In this document: piece by piece, positions 10,192 to 20,992 of the stretch
Numbering within the stretch: the stretch's first letter is position 1
How the letters are laid out: each line of letters begins with the position of its first letter
Source: a virus
Lineage: Duplodnaviria; Heunggongvirae; Uroviricota; Caudoviricetes
IMG/VR virus record: IMGVR_UViG_3300017987_005500
Strand: one strand, 5' to 3'
DNA: 64,000 nt
Notes under the pieces: model-generated
Database searches by the model: none
Told to the model about the DNA's origin: nothing
The model's input: the letters and a program-made list of their open reading frames with translations, nothing else
Made by a program: the position numbers and the translations under genes

Positions 10192-12398
10192 TGAAAGATA
10201 TTCAATTTTTAGCAGTTGGTCTTAAAAACTTTGGGTGTTATAGAGAAGAAGTCGTTCTTAAGTTTGAGAGCGGGAAACTATTCTTAATAACAGGACCAAA
10301 TGGTGTTGGAAAGACTACATTCTTTGATGCAATGTCATACGCTTTATATGGGAGAACCACAAAAGGTGGTACTGGAGAAGACGTAATAAACAATGAATCA
10401 AAGAATAATTGTAGATGTTGGGTGGATTTTACAGTTGATGGAGAGTTATTTAGATGTGATAGATTTGTAAAATATACAAAGATGGGTACGACTGTTCATT
10501 TGAAAAAGGGTACTGAGACTATTAAGAAAGGAAGTAAAGAGGTAATCCCTTATATTGATCAAATCTTTATGCCATACAAACTCTTTTTGAATACTCTTAT
10601 GTTTACTCAAAAGGTCAAGGATTTCTTTACTGATTTAGGGGATTCTGCTCAAAAAGAAATCTTTCGTAAAATACTTTTATTAGACAATTATATTGATTTT
10701 CAGAAAATGGCATCAAATAAGTTAAGTGATGTTCAACAATTGATTGATAAAATTGTTAGTCAAATAAAAATAGACGAAGGTGTTTTGCAAAATATATTGA
10801 CTCAAATAAAAACAGTTGAATTTCAAGAGGTAGAGTTTAACAAAACAAAAACAGAAGAATTAAATAAGATAGCTACCGAAATAAATTCTACAGATACTGA
10901 GATTGAAAAAGTTAAAACCGATTTAGATGTCTATAAAGCTTTTAATCACGATGCTCAAAAAGTGGATATTCAAAATCATTTATCAACTATTCATAGTGAG
11001 GCAGATTCTATTAAAGCTGAGATAGAGTCTAAATTAAATCTTATTGTATCTCAAAAGACAAATAAAGAGCAAGAGTTTAAACATATTGCAACACAAAAAG
11101 AATCGGATCAAAATTTAATTCTTTCAGAAAAAACAGCTGAGTGTACTAATCATAAACATGAAATTCAATTGATTTATGATAAAGTTATTAATGAAGCAGA
11201 TACTGAATACAATGCAAAATTATCGGAATGCACAGTTATCTCCAGTAAACAAGAAAGACTTGATCAAGATTTAGCAGAATATAAAGAATCATCATTTTTA
11301 GAAGAAGGATCAACCTGTCCGACTTGTAGACAGATTCTTGGTAAAGAAGCAAAAGGATATTTGGACGAAAAAATTGAAACACTGACAAATGAATTAAATA
11401 CTCTAGCACTTGAAAAAACAAGAATTCAAAAAGAAGCAACTATAGAAAGAGATGATAAAAAGAAGAAAGCTCTTGAAATTTATAATGCAGAAATTATAGA
11501 AAAAGATAATATTTTAGCTGAAGTTTCATCCAAACATGCAACTGAAATGCAAGATATTAAAACCAGATTGGATAATGTTTTAGTTAAAGTGAGTAATCGA
11601 GCAACTACTGAAATAGAAGCAATAACCAATGATGGAAATACAAGAGCTGAGAAAATTAAAGTTGAGGAATATACGGCAAATGAAAGATTAAAAGAAATAG
11701 ATGCCGAAATTGAAAAAAGAGAAAAATTAAAAATTGAACTCTCTCGACTTGAAAACGAAAGAGTTGTGTTACTTGATAGACATTCTGAAAAAGATTTAAC
11801 TGAATTTGATAAGAGCATTAAATTAAATTTAGTTGCTAATAAAAAGGAACTTGAAACTAAAATAATTAATGAAAGAAAAGAGTTACCAGCTCTTGAAAAG
11901 AAAGCAAAAATATATGAATTTTGGAAAAAGGTTGGGTTTTCATCTTCAGGTATTCCAAGTATGTTAATTGATGAGTCTATACCATTTATGAATAAAAAGG
12001 TTGCTGAATATTCTGAAAAAATTGCTGGAGGAAGATATGTAATAAGCTTTGATACACTCCAAGCAAGTAAAGATGGAAAACAATATAAAGACAAAATAAA
12101 TGTTGAAGTATATGATACACAAACTAAATCAGATAAGAGAGTTAAGTTCTCTGGTGGACAGACAAGGATTGTTGATATTGCCACAATACTAACTCTTAGA
12201 GATCTTCAAAGCAATTTTCAAAATATGAAAATTAATTTGATTTTATTTGATGAGATATTTGATTCATTGGATGATCAAAATATCAGCTATGTATCTAAAC
12301 TTCTCACTGGGTTAGTCAAAGAAGCATGTGTTGTAATCATTTCCCATAGGCATTTTGATTCAATCGAAGCTGATGAAATTTTAAGGATAGGATCTTAA
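10191..12398 (+). CDS. Rad50/SbcC/T4 gp46-like SMC ATPase
   Basis: GPNGVGKT, coiled coil with CPTC Zn hook, FSGGQ signature, LFDE Walker B, ISH. Confidence 0.95.
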   Translation: MKDIQFLAVGLKNFGCYREEVVLKFESGKLFLITGPNGVGKTTFFDAMSYALYGRTTKGGTGEDVINNESKNNCRCWVDFTVDGELFRCDRFVKYTKMGTTVHLKKGTETIKKGSKEVIPYIDQIFMPYKLFLNTLMFTQKVKDFFTDLGDSAQKEIFRKILLLDNYIDFQKMASNKLSDVQQLIDKIVSQIKIDEGVLQNILTQIKTVEFQEVEFNKTKTEELNKIATEINSTDTEIEKVKTDLDVYKAFNHDAQKVDIQNHLSTIHSEADSIKAEIESKLNLIVSQKTNKEQEFKHIATQKESDQNLILSEKTAECTNHKHEIQLIYDKVINEADTEYNAKLSECTVISSKQERLDQDLAEYKESSFLEEGSTCPTCRQILGKEAKGYLDEKIETLTNELNTLALEKTRIQKEATIERDDKKKKALEIYNAEIIEKDNILAEVSSKHATEMQDIKTRLDNVLVKVSNRATTEIEAITNDGNTRAEKIKVEEYTANERLKEIDAEIEKREKLKIELSRLENERVVLLDRHSEKDLTEFDKSIKLNLVANKKELETKIINERKELPALEKKAKIYEFWKKVGFSSSGIPSMLIDESIPFMNKKVAEYSEKIAGGRYVISFDTLQASKDGKQYKDKINVEVYDTQTKSDKRVKFSGGQTRIVDIATILTLRDLQSNFQNMKINLILFDEIFDSLDDQNISYVSKLLTGLVKEACVVIISHRHFDSIEADEILRIGS

Positions 12399-12464
12399 TA
12401 CTATATATATTATTTTATAATATTCATATGAGGTTATTGGTACTCTCATAGTGAAAATTCCTTC

Positions 12465-12496
12465 GGGGAAGACAATTAGAAATAATTGTCTTCCCC
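12465..12496 (+). promoter_or_regulatory. Perfect 14-bp hairpin with GAAA tetraloop in the leader of the HNH gene
   Basis: GGGGAAGACAATTA-GAAA-TAATTGTCTTCCCC. Confidence 0.6.
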
Positions 12497-12540
12497 AACA
12501 TCTTAATCTATAAACCTTTTTTGTTCCAAAAGGAGGGCAA

Positions 12541-13233
12541 TTGAAATTATGTGAATGTGGTTGTGGGAATGAAGTTTCTAATGATAAAAATAGATTTTTG
12601 AAAGGTCATAATGGTAAAAATAATAAAGGAAGAAAATGGTCTGAAGAATCTAAAAAACAATTTAATGATATAGATAATATTATATCTAGATTTGAAAGTA
12701 AAATTGAAATTGATAAAAATACAGGTTGTTGGGAATGGATAGGTGGAAAATGTCAAGGATATGGTGGGTTTAGTTGTTGCATAAAAGGAAAATATAAAAC
12801 ATATCCTGCTCACAGATTTAGTTATATGATGTATATAGGAGAAATTCCAGATGGACTTCAAATTCTTCATGAATGTAATAATAAAAGTTGTGTGAATCCA
12901 GATCATATATATGCAGGTACACATCAAGATAACATGAGAGATTTAAGAAATGCTGGAACACTTTCAGGAAAAAATAATCCAAATTATGGAAAAATTTCAT
13001 CTAAAGAAAAAAAAGAAAAAATTAAAAATGGAGTTAAAAAATGGATTTCAAATAATCCTGATTTCAAACCAGAAGAATGGACAAGTAAAGAATGGATAAT
13101 CACTAAACCAAATGGTGATGAATTAATTATTAAAAATTTAACTAAATATTGTAGAGATAATGATATCAATCTAACTAGTTGTTCTAAGGGATATTATATT
13201 AAAGATAATGGATGGAAGGTAGAAAGATTATGA
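12541..13233 (+). mobile_element. Free-standing HNH homing endonuclease
   Basis: LCECGCG start, CWEW, AHRFSY, HECNNKSCVNPDH..GTHQDN (HNH_3-like), NUMOD-type repeats; TTG start after AGGAGG. Confidence 0.88.
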
Positions 13234-14255
13234 ATAAAATTCATATAGTTAACTTATTAGTAACAAGAAAATGCAATCTTAGGTGCTCATATTGTGGTAT
13301 AGTAAGAAATATGAAGACATTACCAAAAACATATCCAAAGATGAAACATTATTATGATAACGAAATGAGCACTAAATTAATTTTAAATTTTCTTGAAAAA
13401 CTTAAAAACCATAATCCCGACGCATTTGTAATTATTTACGGAGGTGAGCCAATATTGCGCTCAGATTTATTTGAAATTGTGCAATATTGCAATGATCTTA
13501 AATTAGGTTATACAATTATAAGCAATAATACAATTGAACTTCAGGATAAACTTGACGACTTATTAAATACTGTACATGTTGCGGGTTATACTGCCTCAAT
13601 AGATCCACTTATTATATCTGATTCAACTGACGTTGATCGTAGAGTTAAAAGCGAACAAGGTCTTGAAAGATTACTTCAATATAAGTATATAATTAAAGAT
13701 CTTGTTGCTGAGATTACAGTTGATAAAAATAATGTTCCATATTTATATGACCTTGTTAAAAAGTTATCAGATTTGGGAATTAATAGTGATATTACATTCA
13801 TAGATACAGCTAAGAGTCCTTATTATGATTTTTCAAATATAAATGATCCAAATCTTTTGATTAAAGACACAATTGAAGTAAAGAAAATATTTGACCGAAT
13901 TATTAAAGATAATCTAGATGTACATATGGCGAAGAGTTTATTACCCAAAATAGTTGAAGCTCTTCCATCTAAATTAGACTGTAAAATGGAAAAAGATATT
14001 AATACAATATGTGTTGATGCTGATGGGACAATGAGACTTTGTCTTCGGATAAAAGGAACGTCAACACCAAGAGTAGAAATTGACAAATTATTTGCACAGA
14101 ATGGAAAATTGGATCCATTCTTTATAGACTCAATTAAAACTGACAAACAAAACTATTGTCGCTTATGTAATCATACATGTTATATTATGGGAGACCTTAT
14201 ATCCAAAGGGGTGAGTTCTTCAGAATTAGTACATGAGGACAAGAGAGGAGACTAA
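13230..14255 (+). CDS. Radical SAM protein with C-terminal Cys cluster
   Basis: CNLRCSYC, GGEP; C-terminal CKM..LCL..CRLCNHTC. Confidence 0.88.
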   Translation: MNKIHIVNLLVTRKCNLRCSYCGIVRNMKTLPKTYPKMKHYYDNEMSTKLILNFLEKLKNHNPDAFVIIYGGEPILRSDLFEIVQYCNDLKLGYTIISNNTIELQDKLDDLLNTVHVAGYTASIDPLIISDSTDVDRRVKSEQGLERLLQYKYIIKDLVAEITVDKNNVPYLYDLVKKLSDLGINSDITFIDTAKSPYYDFSNINDPNLLIKDTIEVKKIFDRIIKDNLDVHMAKSLLPKIVEALPSKLDCKMEKDINTICVDADGTMRLCLRIKGTSTPRVEIDKLFAQNGKLDPFFIDSIKTDKQNYCRLCNHTCYIMGDLISKGVSSSELVHEDKRGD

Positions 14256-14256
14256 A

Positions 14257-14580
14257 ATGGAAGATGCTGGTATAATTGACAATGCTATGACATTTTTAGA
14301 AAAATTGAGAGATCCTGACGTTGAATTTGTACAAGTTAAGTTTACTAAGAAAGATGGTTCTGAAAGACTTATGAAATGTACATTAAACTTTGACAAAATA
14401 CCAAGGACAGATCAGCCCAAAAGTGTTAATTTACCAAGAATATTAAAACTTTTAAAGGATAATGGAATCATTCATGTTTATGATTTAGAGAAACAAGGAT
14501 GGAGAAGTGTCCCTTTTCGGAAAACGGAGTGGTTAATGACAGATGATAATAAACGATATAGGATAAGACCAAGGGGTTAA
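14257..14580 (+). CDS. WYL_2/Sm-like SH3 beta-barrel phage protein
   Basis: VKFTKKDGSERLMKCTL...VYDLEKQGWRS. Confidence 0.75.
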   Translation: MEDAGIIDNAMTFLEKLRDPDVEFVQVKFTKKDGSERLMKCTLNFDKIPRTDQPKSVNLPRILKLLKDNGIIHVYDLEKQGWRSVPFRKTEWLMTDDNKRYRIRPRG

Positions 14581-14582
14581 AT

Positions 14583-14930
14583 ATGCTTTCATCAAAAATT
14601 ATCCCTTTAAGTAAAGTTATAATAGACACAACATCAGGAGAGATCTTAATAAAGTCAGACGACACTACTATTACAATTAAAGGAGTCGATTTTGAAAATG
14701 AAGTATCTAAATTTTCAAGAATTGATATTGATAGTGGTAAAGCTATTATTACTGAAACAGAGACTCGTAAATCTCCAGACTTATCTTTATTTATGGTAAA
14801 TATGTATAACATGATTTACGATGAAACACAACAAAATCCGAAATTATCAAAACATTCGGATTTATTATTCAATAATTTACTTAACCGAATGAGACAGGAA
14901 GTTAAAAAATATGGGAAAACTCTTAGATGA
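14583..14930 (+). CDS. Hypothetical protein
   Basis: Operon ORF. Confidence 0.55.
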   Translation: MLSSKIIPLSKVIIDTTSGEILIKSDDTTITIKGVDFENEVSKFSRIDIDSGKAIITETETRKSPDLSLFMVNMYNMIYDETQQNPKLSKHSDLLFNNLLNRMRQEVKKYGKTLR

Positions 14931-15276
14931 AATTATTGGCGAACTTAAAGGAAAAGATATTGATCAACAAGTTAAAGAAATTTGTGACGAAATAACTGAA
15001 CAAGAAAAGGATTCAATTGAAAATGAAGAATTTCTTCCTGTAGGACCTAATATATTCTTAGCTCTTAGTTGCCCAGGAAGAATTAAAGGTGAAGTTGGAT
15101 TTCTGACTTTAGAAAGAGAACTTGTTGATGAGTATTTAGTTGGGTTTTGGGCAATAACACCTAAAATTCCAAATGATAAATTAAAACGATATAGAACATG
15201 GAGTGTAAAGGAAGTCAATTGTAAGCGAATTATTAGAGCATTCGCTGAGAGACTAAAGTACGTTAGAGGAGAGTAA
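14911..15276 (+). CDS. Hypothetical protein
   Basis: Operon ORF. Confidence 0.55.
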   Translation: MGKLLDEIIGELKGKDIDQQVKEICDEITEQEKDSIENEEFLPVGPNIFLALSCPGRIKGEVGFLTLERELVDEYLVGFWAITPKIPNDKLKRYRTWSVKEVNCKRIIRAFAERLKYVRGE

Positions 15277-15281
15277 AGGTT

Positions 15282-18200
15282 ATGTCTAGTGAACATATAC
15301 GAGTTGGATTGAAAAATCCAACTGACAAAAATGAAATTGTTATTAATAGACATCATATAAGTGTTGTTAAATCTTCGACTTATTTTAACAATCGTTATAG
15401 AGACGATAAAAAATTAGATAAATGTGCAGTTGAGAGAATTGCGACTTACAATTCACGCACAAAAATTAATAATCTCCTAAGTGTAAATGACTCTGCATCT
15501 GGAGAGATCTTGCCAGCAAATTGTAGATATTTTCATAAAACAGCTAATGGCAGCACCATTCTTGTTATGGAAGAAGCTCCAAGTATAAGAACAATTAAAG
15601 TAAAATTGGATTTACTTTCTGAAGCTGTTGAACTTCAGAAAGTAGGTAAGTTAGAAAAATATGGTTATGTTGAATTCTTAGAGCAAAGTCCACCAGGACC
15701 ATATGAAATAGCTCTATCTTTTCCTTATCTGGTTTATGTAATTGATATTAATAAAGATAAAGGAGTTGAAAAATTCAATGTATATTTTAGAGTTCATCCA
15801 TTAACATCATTAGATGATTATTTGATCAGACCGTTTCTGACGAATATGGATAACTCTGAAGTATGTACAGGTAATATAAAGCTACCAAAGACAAAAGGGC
15901 GACGAACTCTCATTGATATTACTGAGACTTATATTACTGCATGGTGGGAATATGAATTTAATACAGATTTATCTGAAAATTATAATAAGTATGCAGAGAA
16001 GGGACCACCTGAATTACAGGGATATTTAAGTTGGGCATATTTCACACAATACGATCCAATGTTTATATTTTCAATTGACTGGTTAATGTATGATTATAAA
16101 TTAAGCAGTGTAATTGAAAATAAATTAGTGAATCGTGGTCAATCTTCAGGAGAATATACATTTGAGGATCTAATGAAAATGTTGACCACAACATCAAGTG
16201 GACTTCCAACACATGACCGATATACTGATAATATTATAGTTAAAGATAAAATCTTATCAGTTGGTGATGATGTAATTATAGATGATGAGTTGTTATATGT
16301 ATTAGCAATTGATTTGAATAATGCATCTGGTGAAGTAAGTGCTATATTATTTGAGGATGAAAAAGATAATGAGATTGTTAAGAAATATAACGATGAATTG
16401 AGCGAAAAGATATATGCTCATATTAATAATATCTCAGATACTTTTAATCATGGAGGTCATGAATTTAAAGTTAATGATGTTGTCGAAGTTGATATACATA
16501 ACCATGACAGCTCAATGGTTCCTCAATATAGAATATTTAAAGGGTTTCGTAAAACAAGAGATGGGATTGTTGAAGTTAGACTTGGCAAAGCTTATCATAT
16601 TGAGGAATCAATAAATATAAGACCTATTGATATGGATAAACTTACAATTGATGGGGTTAAACCTCAAAAAGATGTTAAGTATTTACTTAAACGATGCGGT
16701 TCATCTGGTTTTCAATTTACCAAGACATTTGTTGCTGAGTTTACTGAGATTAAAGTTTTGAGTTCTGGAAAAATAGCATCTATATTTAGATATACAGATG
16801 AATATGGAGATCGTCAGAAAATTAGTCTTGATATGGTTGGAACTCCATCTTACAATGTATTAGACTTGCCCAATTATTCAACTCCTGAAGTATTTATTGT
16901 TGGACGAAGATTATATACACAAAACTTAAGAGAACCATGGGCATTCTTTACAAACGATAAAAGAGATCCTATTTATTACAATAGGAAAATTCAATCCCAT
17001 AACACAAAGGAACTTATTGAATATATAACCACACAGAAAGATAGACTCTACATCCCAGGTATTCATGAGAATATAGACTTTAAAGTTGGGGATGACATTA
17101 TTGTAGCTAACTGGGAAAACCCATATGAAATGACTATTATTCAAACTATCATTAGATTTGAATATAAAAATGACAGATTTACTGGAGATTTTCATGCAAA
17201 TGTAGTATGTAAAGATCATCAAGGTATTGAAAGATGGTATACAATTGTAGAGATATCCTTAACTGGACCAAAAGTAAATGTAGGACTTATAAGGAAAGCT
17301 TATAGGACATATGATGGAATTGTTGCCGGATCTAAGATCAGAGCGAAAGTTCCAAGACTTGGAATGTTCCCAAAGAAAGATGTAAATAAGATTGTTGCTT
17401 TTATCGAAACTGGAGCAACTCCATTAATGATTTGTAGCAATTTATGTACCTTATGGGCAAATCAAGAAACATATGAAAAGTTTGACATTTTCCCACCGAC
17501 TCATCCAAAGTATTATGGAATGAAAATAGCTCCATATGACACGAAGAAGATTAAACGACAATTTGGAGATTATATCTATCACAAAGAAGATGATAGATTG
17601 TATTACAATGTCATGGAAAATAATCAATATTTGAGAGCTGTTCGAGTAGATCCTTCTTTTAGTGCAAATGATGAACTTTATAAAGGATCTGAGTTGGAAA
17701 ACAAATTAGTATATTATGGTTTTCAACTTCCAAGAATCACTCCGACTGTAAGACAGACTCTTAATTACGAAGCACAATTTCAAACTATTTATGGACCACA
17801 TATTGAAACAACGACAAGTATTGTTCCAACTTCAAGAATGATTCCAATGCCTTATGTAAATACGGAAAGGAATTTTGAATTAGAACTTGAAAGAACTGAA
17901 AATGAGATCATTCAAGTAACTCAACCAACTCCACCAACTCAAGATATTGATGAGGTTGAGGATGAGGATTTTCCTGAAGAAGAATCTGAAAAGACTATGA
18001 ATGATATTGAACAGGTTGCTAGTGGAGCTTCTTCTCCGCCAGCTCCTGCAGGAAGATTTGATAGACTTAGAGAAAGACCTCAAATGACATGGACTAATAC
18101 AGCAACATCTTCAGATTATTATAGAGAATATAATCAAGAGATTATGTTCAGACGATTACATGAACCTCAGGCATTTAGATCTTTTGACAATCCAGAGCAA

Positions 18201-18566
18201 ACCGATGAGGAAATAGAGCAAGCTCAAGCATTACAAGAAGAAGCTCCAGAACAATCTGCTGAAGAAGCTGCTGATGAGATCTGGGAAGAAATGGAGGAAA
18301 GAGGGGAAGTTCAAGCAATACCTGCTCCAGACCGAGAAAATGCAGAAGACATAAATGAAAATCCTGACCGAGAGGAAATGGAAGAAAATGCTGCTGAAGA
18401 AACGACTAATGAAATGGCACAAGATGTATTTGAAGAAACAATAGTTAATGAAGATCCAGACATTGACCATGTTCAACAAGTTGTTGAAAATGACATTCAA
18501 ATATCTATTGAGGATGCCCAACAAGCAATGCATGATGAAATGAGAATGAGAAATTTAGAATCATAA
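15282..18566 (+). CDS. Large protein with N-terminal prokaryotic E2-like (Prok-E2 family D-like) domain and acidic disordered tail
   Basis: EEAPSIRTI...LSFPYLVY...PFLTNMDNSEVCTGN...WWEYEFNTDL pattern with putative catalytic Cys; next to JAB, ThiF and Ubl genes. Confidence 0.65.
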   Translation: MSSEHIRVGLKNPTDKNEIVINRHHISVVKSSTYFNNRYRDDKKLDKCAVERIATYNSRTKINNLLSVNDSASGEILPANCRYFHKTANGSTILVMEEAPSIRTIKVKLDLLSEAVELQKVGKLEKYGYVEFLEQSPPGPYEIALSFPYLVYVIDINKDKGVEKFNVYFRVHPLTSLDDYLIRPFLTNMDNSEVCTGNIKLPKTKGRRTLIDITETYITAWWEYEFNTDLSENYNKYAEKGPPELQGYLSWAYFTQYDPMFIFSIDWLMYDYKLSSVIENKLVNRGQSSGEYTFEDLMKMLTTTSSGLPTHDRYTDNIIVKDKILSVGDDVIIDDELLYVLAIDLNNASGEVSAILFEDEKDNEIVKKYNDELSEKIYAHINNISDTFNHGGHEFKVNDVVEVDIHNHDSSMVPQYRIFKGFRKTRDGIVEVRLGKAYHIEESINIRPIDMDKLTIDGVKPQKDVKYLLKRCGSSGFQFTKTFVAEFTEIKVLSSGKIASIFRYTDEYGDRQKISLDMVGTPSYNVLDLPNYSTPEVFIVGRRLYTQNLREPWAFFTNDKRDPIYYNRKIQSHNTKELIEYITTQKDRLYIPGIHENIDFKVGDDIIVANWENPYEMTIIQTIIRFEYKNDRFTGDFHANVVCKDHQGIERWYTIVEISLTGPKVNVGLIRKAYRTYDGIVAGSKIRAKVPRLGMFPKKDVNKIVAFIETGATPLMICSNLCTLWANQETYEKFDIFPPTHPKYYGMKIAPYDTKKIKRQFGDYIYHKEDDRLYYNVMENNQYLRAVRVDPSFSANDELYKGSELENKLVYYGFQLPRITPTVRQTLNYEAQFQTIYGPHIETTTSIVPTSRMIPMPYVNTERNFELELERTENEIIQVTQPTPPTQDIDEVEDEDFPEEESEKTMNDIEQVASGASSPPAPAGRFDRLRERPQMTWTNTATSSDYYREYNQEIMFRRLHEPQAFRSFDNPEQTDEEIEQAQALQEEAPEQSAEEAADEIWEEMEERGEVQAIPAPDRENAEDINENPDREEMEENAAEETTNEMAQDVFEETIVNEDPDIDHVQQVVENDIQISIEDAQQAMHDEMRMRNLES

Positions 18567-18578
18567 GGAGAAAATTAA

Positions 18579-19646
18579 ATGTTTCCAGTATATGTTAATG
18601 ACGGAACCCAAGAAGTACCTGATGCAGATATATTTTACATAATTGGTAAAGATGGAATTTACTTAAGGAAAAAACTTGGAAGACTTGATGCAATTGTCCC
18701 GGTTGATAAAATCTCAACACTTGGAGATGTTGAGACAATGGCGACATATGACTTACCTCCAATTCCTGCATTGCATTTTGCTAAAGTTGTCTCATTCTTT
18801 AAAGTAATATATGAGATGCATAAGAGTGAGGCAATTGTATTGGTACATTTTGATGAGGAAAATGAAAAGTTTAAACTTCAATGTCCACATCAAAAAGTTA
18901 CAAGAGCGGGACTTGATTATATAAGAACTGTAACATTTCCTGGATATACAAAAGTATGTACTATTCATAGTCATTCGGATATGAGTGCTTTTCATTCAGG
19001 AACCGACGATAAAGATGAAGAAGACACAGATGGACTTCATATCACGGTAGGTCATTTAGACTGGGATGATGGAATGTTTGATTTATCAGTTTCTGTAGTC
19101 ATCAATGGAAAAAGATTTATGGTTGAAGCGAGTGATTATATTGAGGGTCTTACACAAGTTGAAGTTGAAGAAACGAAACCTCATTATATAAGCACCTGGT
19201 TTAATTCATATTTAAATGATGATTCAGATCCTGACGTTAAATCGGGTTATAAAATGGGTCTTCCTGATTCAAAAATGACATTCAATAAAAAATGGTTAGA
19301 CTATGTGACCGTTGAGTCTGTAAGACGTGGTTATTATATGGGCAGTGTTCATTATGGAGGTGGTGGACATAGAGTCCATAGTGTTGGAAGTCCTCATTAC
19401 AAAAATAACCAAAAGATAATCGAACATCATTTTGGTGCTGACAACAACGATGAAGATACACATGATTTCAATCCCTGTTTGAATTGTGTATTTTCTGAAC
19501 ATAAACTTCTTCAAGAAGTTGAAGATGAAGATATTGACCCTAATGATGTTGAGGGTTATGACATTGTTGGTGGAGATGAACACAATCACAGACCAATCAC
19601 ACATGAAAATCAATTATTAGACGGAGGTGATGAGCATGGAAATTAA
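18579..19646 (+). CDS. JAB/MPN+ metalloprotease (Prok-JAB, deubiquitinase-like)
   Basis: E...IHSHSDMSAFHSGTDDKDE JAMM motif. Confidence 0.88.
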   Translation: MFPVYVNDGTQEVPDADIFYIIGKDGIYLRKKLGRLDAIVPVDKISTLGDVETMATYDLPPIPALHFAKVVSFFKVIYEMHKSEAIVLVHFDEENEKFKLQCPHQKVTRAGLDYIRTVTFPGYTKVCTIHSHSDMSAFHSGTDDKDEEDTDGLHITVGHLDWDDGMFDLSVSVVINGKRFMVEASDYIEGLTQVEVEETKPHYISTWFNSYLNDDSDPDVKSGYKMGLPDSKMTFNKKWLDYVTVESVRRGYYMGSVHYGGGGHRVHSVGSPHYKNNQKIIEHHFGADNNDEDTHDFNPCLNCVFSEHKLLQEVEDEDIDPNDVEGYDIVGGDEHNHRPITHENQLLDGGDEHGN

Positions 19647-20328
19647 GAATATTAAGATAATTGGTCTTGGTGGAATTGGTTCAATTCTTACTGACAAAAT
19701 TTGCAGATTTATGTCATTTGGTAAATTTGCAAATGATGACTGGACAATCACTTTAATTGATGGTGATGACTACGAACCCAAAAACAGGGAAAGACAAGAT
19801 TTTATATACTTAAAGAACAAAGCATTATCCAAACAAGAAGAGCTTAATGCCAAGTATGGTGTCAATACAGTTCAATATGTTGTTGAGTCTTATATTGATC
19901 AAGACAATGTAAAACAATATATTGGATCAGGCGATTTAGTCTTTATGTGTGTGGATAATCACCAATCCCGTAAATTGATATCCGACCATGCGGGAACGTT
20001 AGACGACGTTATAATTGTTTCTGGAGGAAATGACTACATTGATGGAAATGTGCAAGTATACGGAAGAGAAAATGGAAAAGACATTTCCCCATCATTAACA
20101 TCTTTTCATCCTGAAATAGACAGTCCTGATGATAAACACCCAAGCGATATGTCATGTGAAGAATTGGCAGACTCAGTTCCTCAATTATACTTTGCCAATT
20201 TGACTGCGGCAACAGTTATGTGCTGGGTTTTATATGCTTTGATTCAGGAAAAATTTAACTTTGGAAAACCTGAAGTTTATTTTGACATCGAGATGATGTC
20301 AATTGTAGGCAAGATGAGAGCTGTTTAA
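19636..20328 (+). CDS. ThiF/E1-like adenylyltransferase
   Basis: IIGLGGIGS, DGD..EPKNRERQ, CVDN, GGN, putative catalytic SCEE, PQL..AN. Confidence 0.9.
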   Translation: MEIKNIKIIGLGGIGSILTDKICRFMSFGKFANDDWTITLIDGDDYEPKNRERQDFIYLKNKALSKQEELNAKYGVNTVQYVVESYIDQDNVKQYIGSGDLVFMCVDNHQSRKLISDHAGTLDDVIIVSGGNDYIDGNVQVYGRENGKDISPSLTSFHPEIDSPDDKHPSDMSCEELADSVPQLYFANLTAATVMCWVLYALIQEKFNFGKPEVYFDIEMMSIVGKMRAV

Positions 20329-20360
20329 CGAAAAACTATTTAACGAAAAGGATTAAGAAA

Positions 20361-20888
20361 ATGGCATCAAAGTACACAAAAGAGAAACTGTCCAAACTTA
20401 ACAATGTTGAACTCCGAGAAATTTGCAAGAAAAAGAAAATTCCTGGAATGTCAAAGAAACGTAAAGATGTTATGGTTGACGCAATACTTCTTGCTCATGG
20501 CGGAACGAAAGCAAATGCCAAATCTTCCAAGAAAGCTAAGACTCTCGGAATTGGAAAAGATGGCGAACCAACTAAAAATGCTTCCGAAGCAAAGAAAGAT
20601 GACAAACTTCAAGCTGCAACATTTACTCTTAGCAGTGTTTTGACAAAACCATCTGCAAAATATGGTGATCGAACAACCACGACAATTCGCGTATCATCCG
20701 GCGCAGCTGCAGGCGACTTCCCTGTAACAGGAAGAACAGTATCTTCTGTTAAATCATTCCTCTCTGAAGTTCTCAATATTTCCAAAATGTCTTCTCCAAT
20801 CGTCAATGGAAAACAGGTTGAAGATAATTATGTAATCAAACAAGGTGATGAACTTGAGTTCTTGAAACCAGCAGGTCAGAAAGGGTAA
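20361..20888 (+). CDS. Ubiquitin-like (beta-grasp) protein with N-terminal Rho-N/HeH-like domain
   Basis: LSKLNNVELREICKKKKIPGMSKKRKDVMVDAI; C-terminal VNGKQVEDNYVIKQGDELEFLKPAGQKG ending in Gly. Confidence 0.8.
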   Translation: MASKYTKEKLSKLNNVELREICKKKKIPGMSKKRKDVMVDAILLAHGGTKANAKSSKKAKTLGIGKDGEPTKNASEAKKDDKLQAATFTLSSVLTKPSAKYGDRTTTTIRVSSGAAAGDFPVTGRTVSSVKSFLSEVLNISKMSSPIVNGKQVEDNYVIKQGDELEFLKPAGQKG

Positions 20889-20908
20889 TTAATTTAATCA
20901 ATAGACTT

Positions 20909-20922
20909 CTATATATATAATT
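20909..20922 (+). promoter_or_regulatory. Putative phage promoter motif A (TATATATRT)
   Basis: Recurs in intergenic DNA at 12401(+), 20909(+), 37845-37860(-), 55270-55281(-), 59768(+), each oriented toward the downstream gene. Confidence 0.5.
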
Positions 20923-20992
20923 ATATGAGAAGGGGAATTTTTGTAATATAAAATTTCCCTCTCATATAAATTATTTAGGAGACTTTTTTATT

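Noticed and set aside
11480-12184. 234-aa minus-strand ORF and other antisense/overlapping ORFs in the track
   Set aside because: Shadows of well-supported genes, with no motifs or SD.
13230-14255. Calling the radical SAM protein QueE
   Set aside because: Longer than QueE, has an extra C-terminal Cys cluster and lacks the QueE N-terminal signature.
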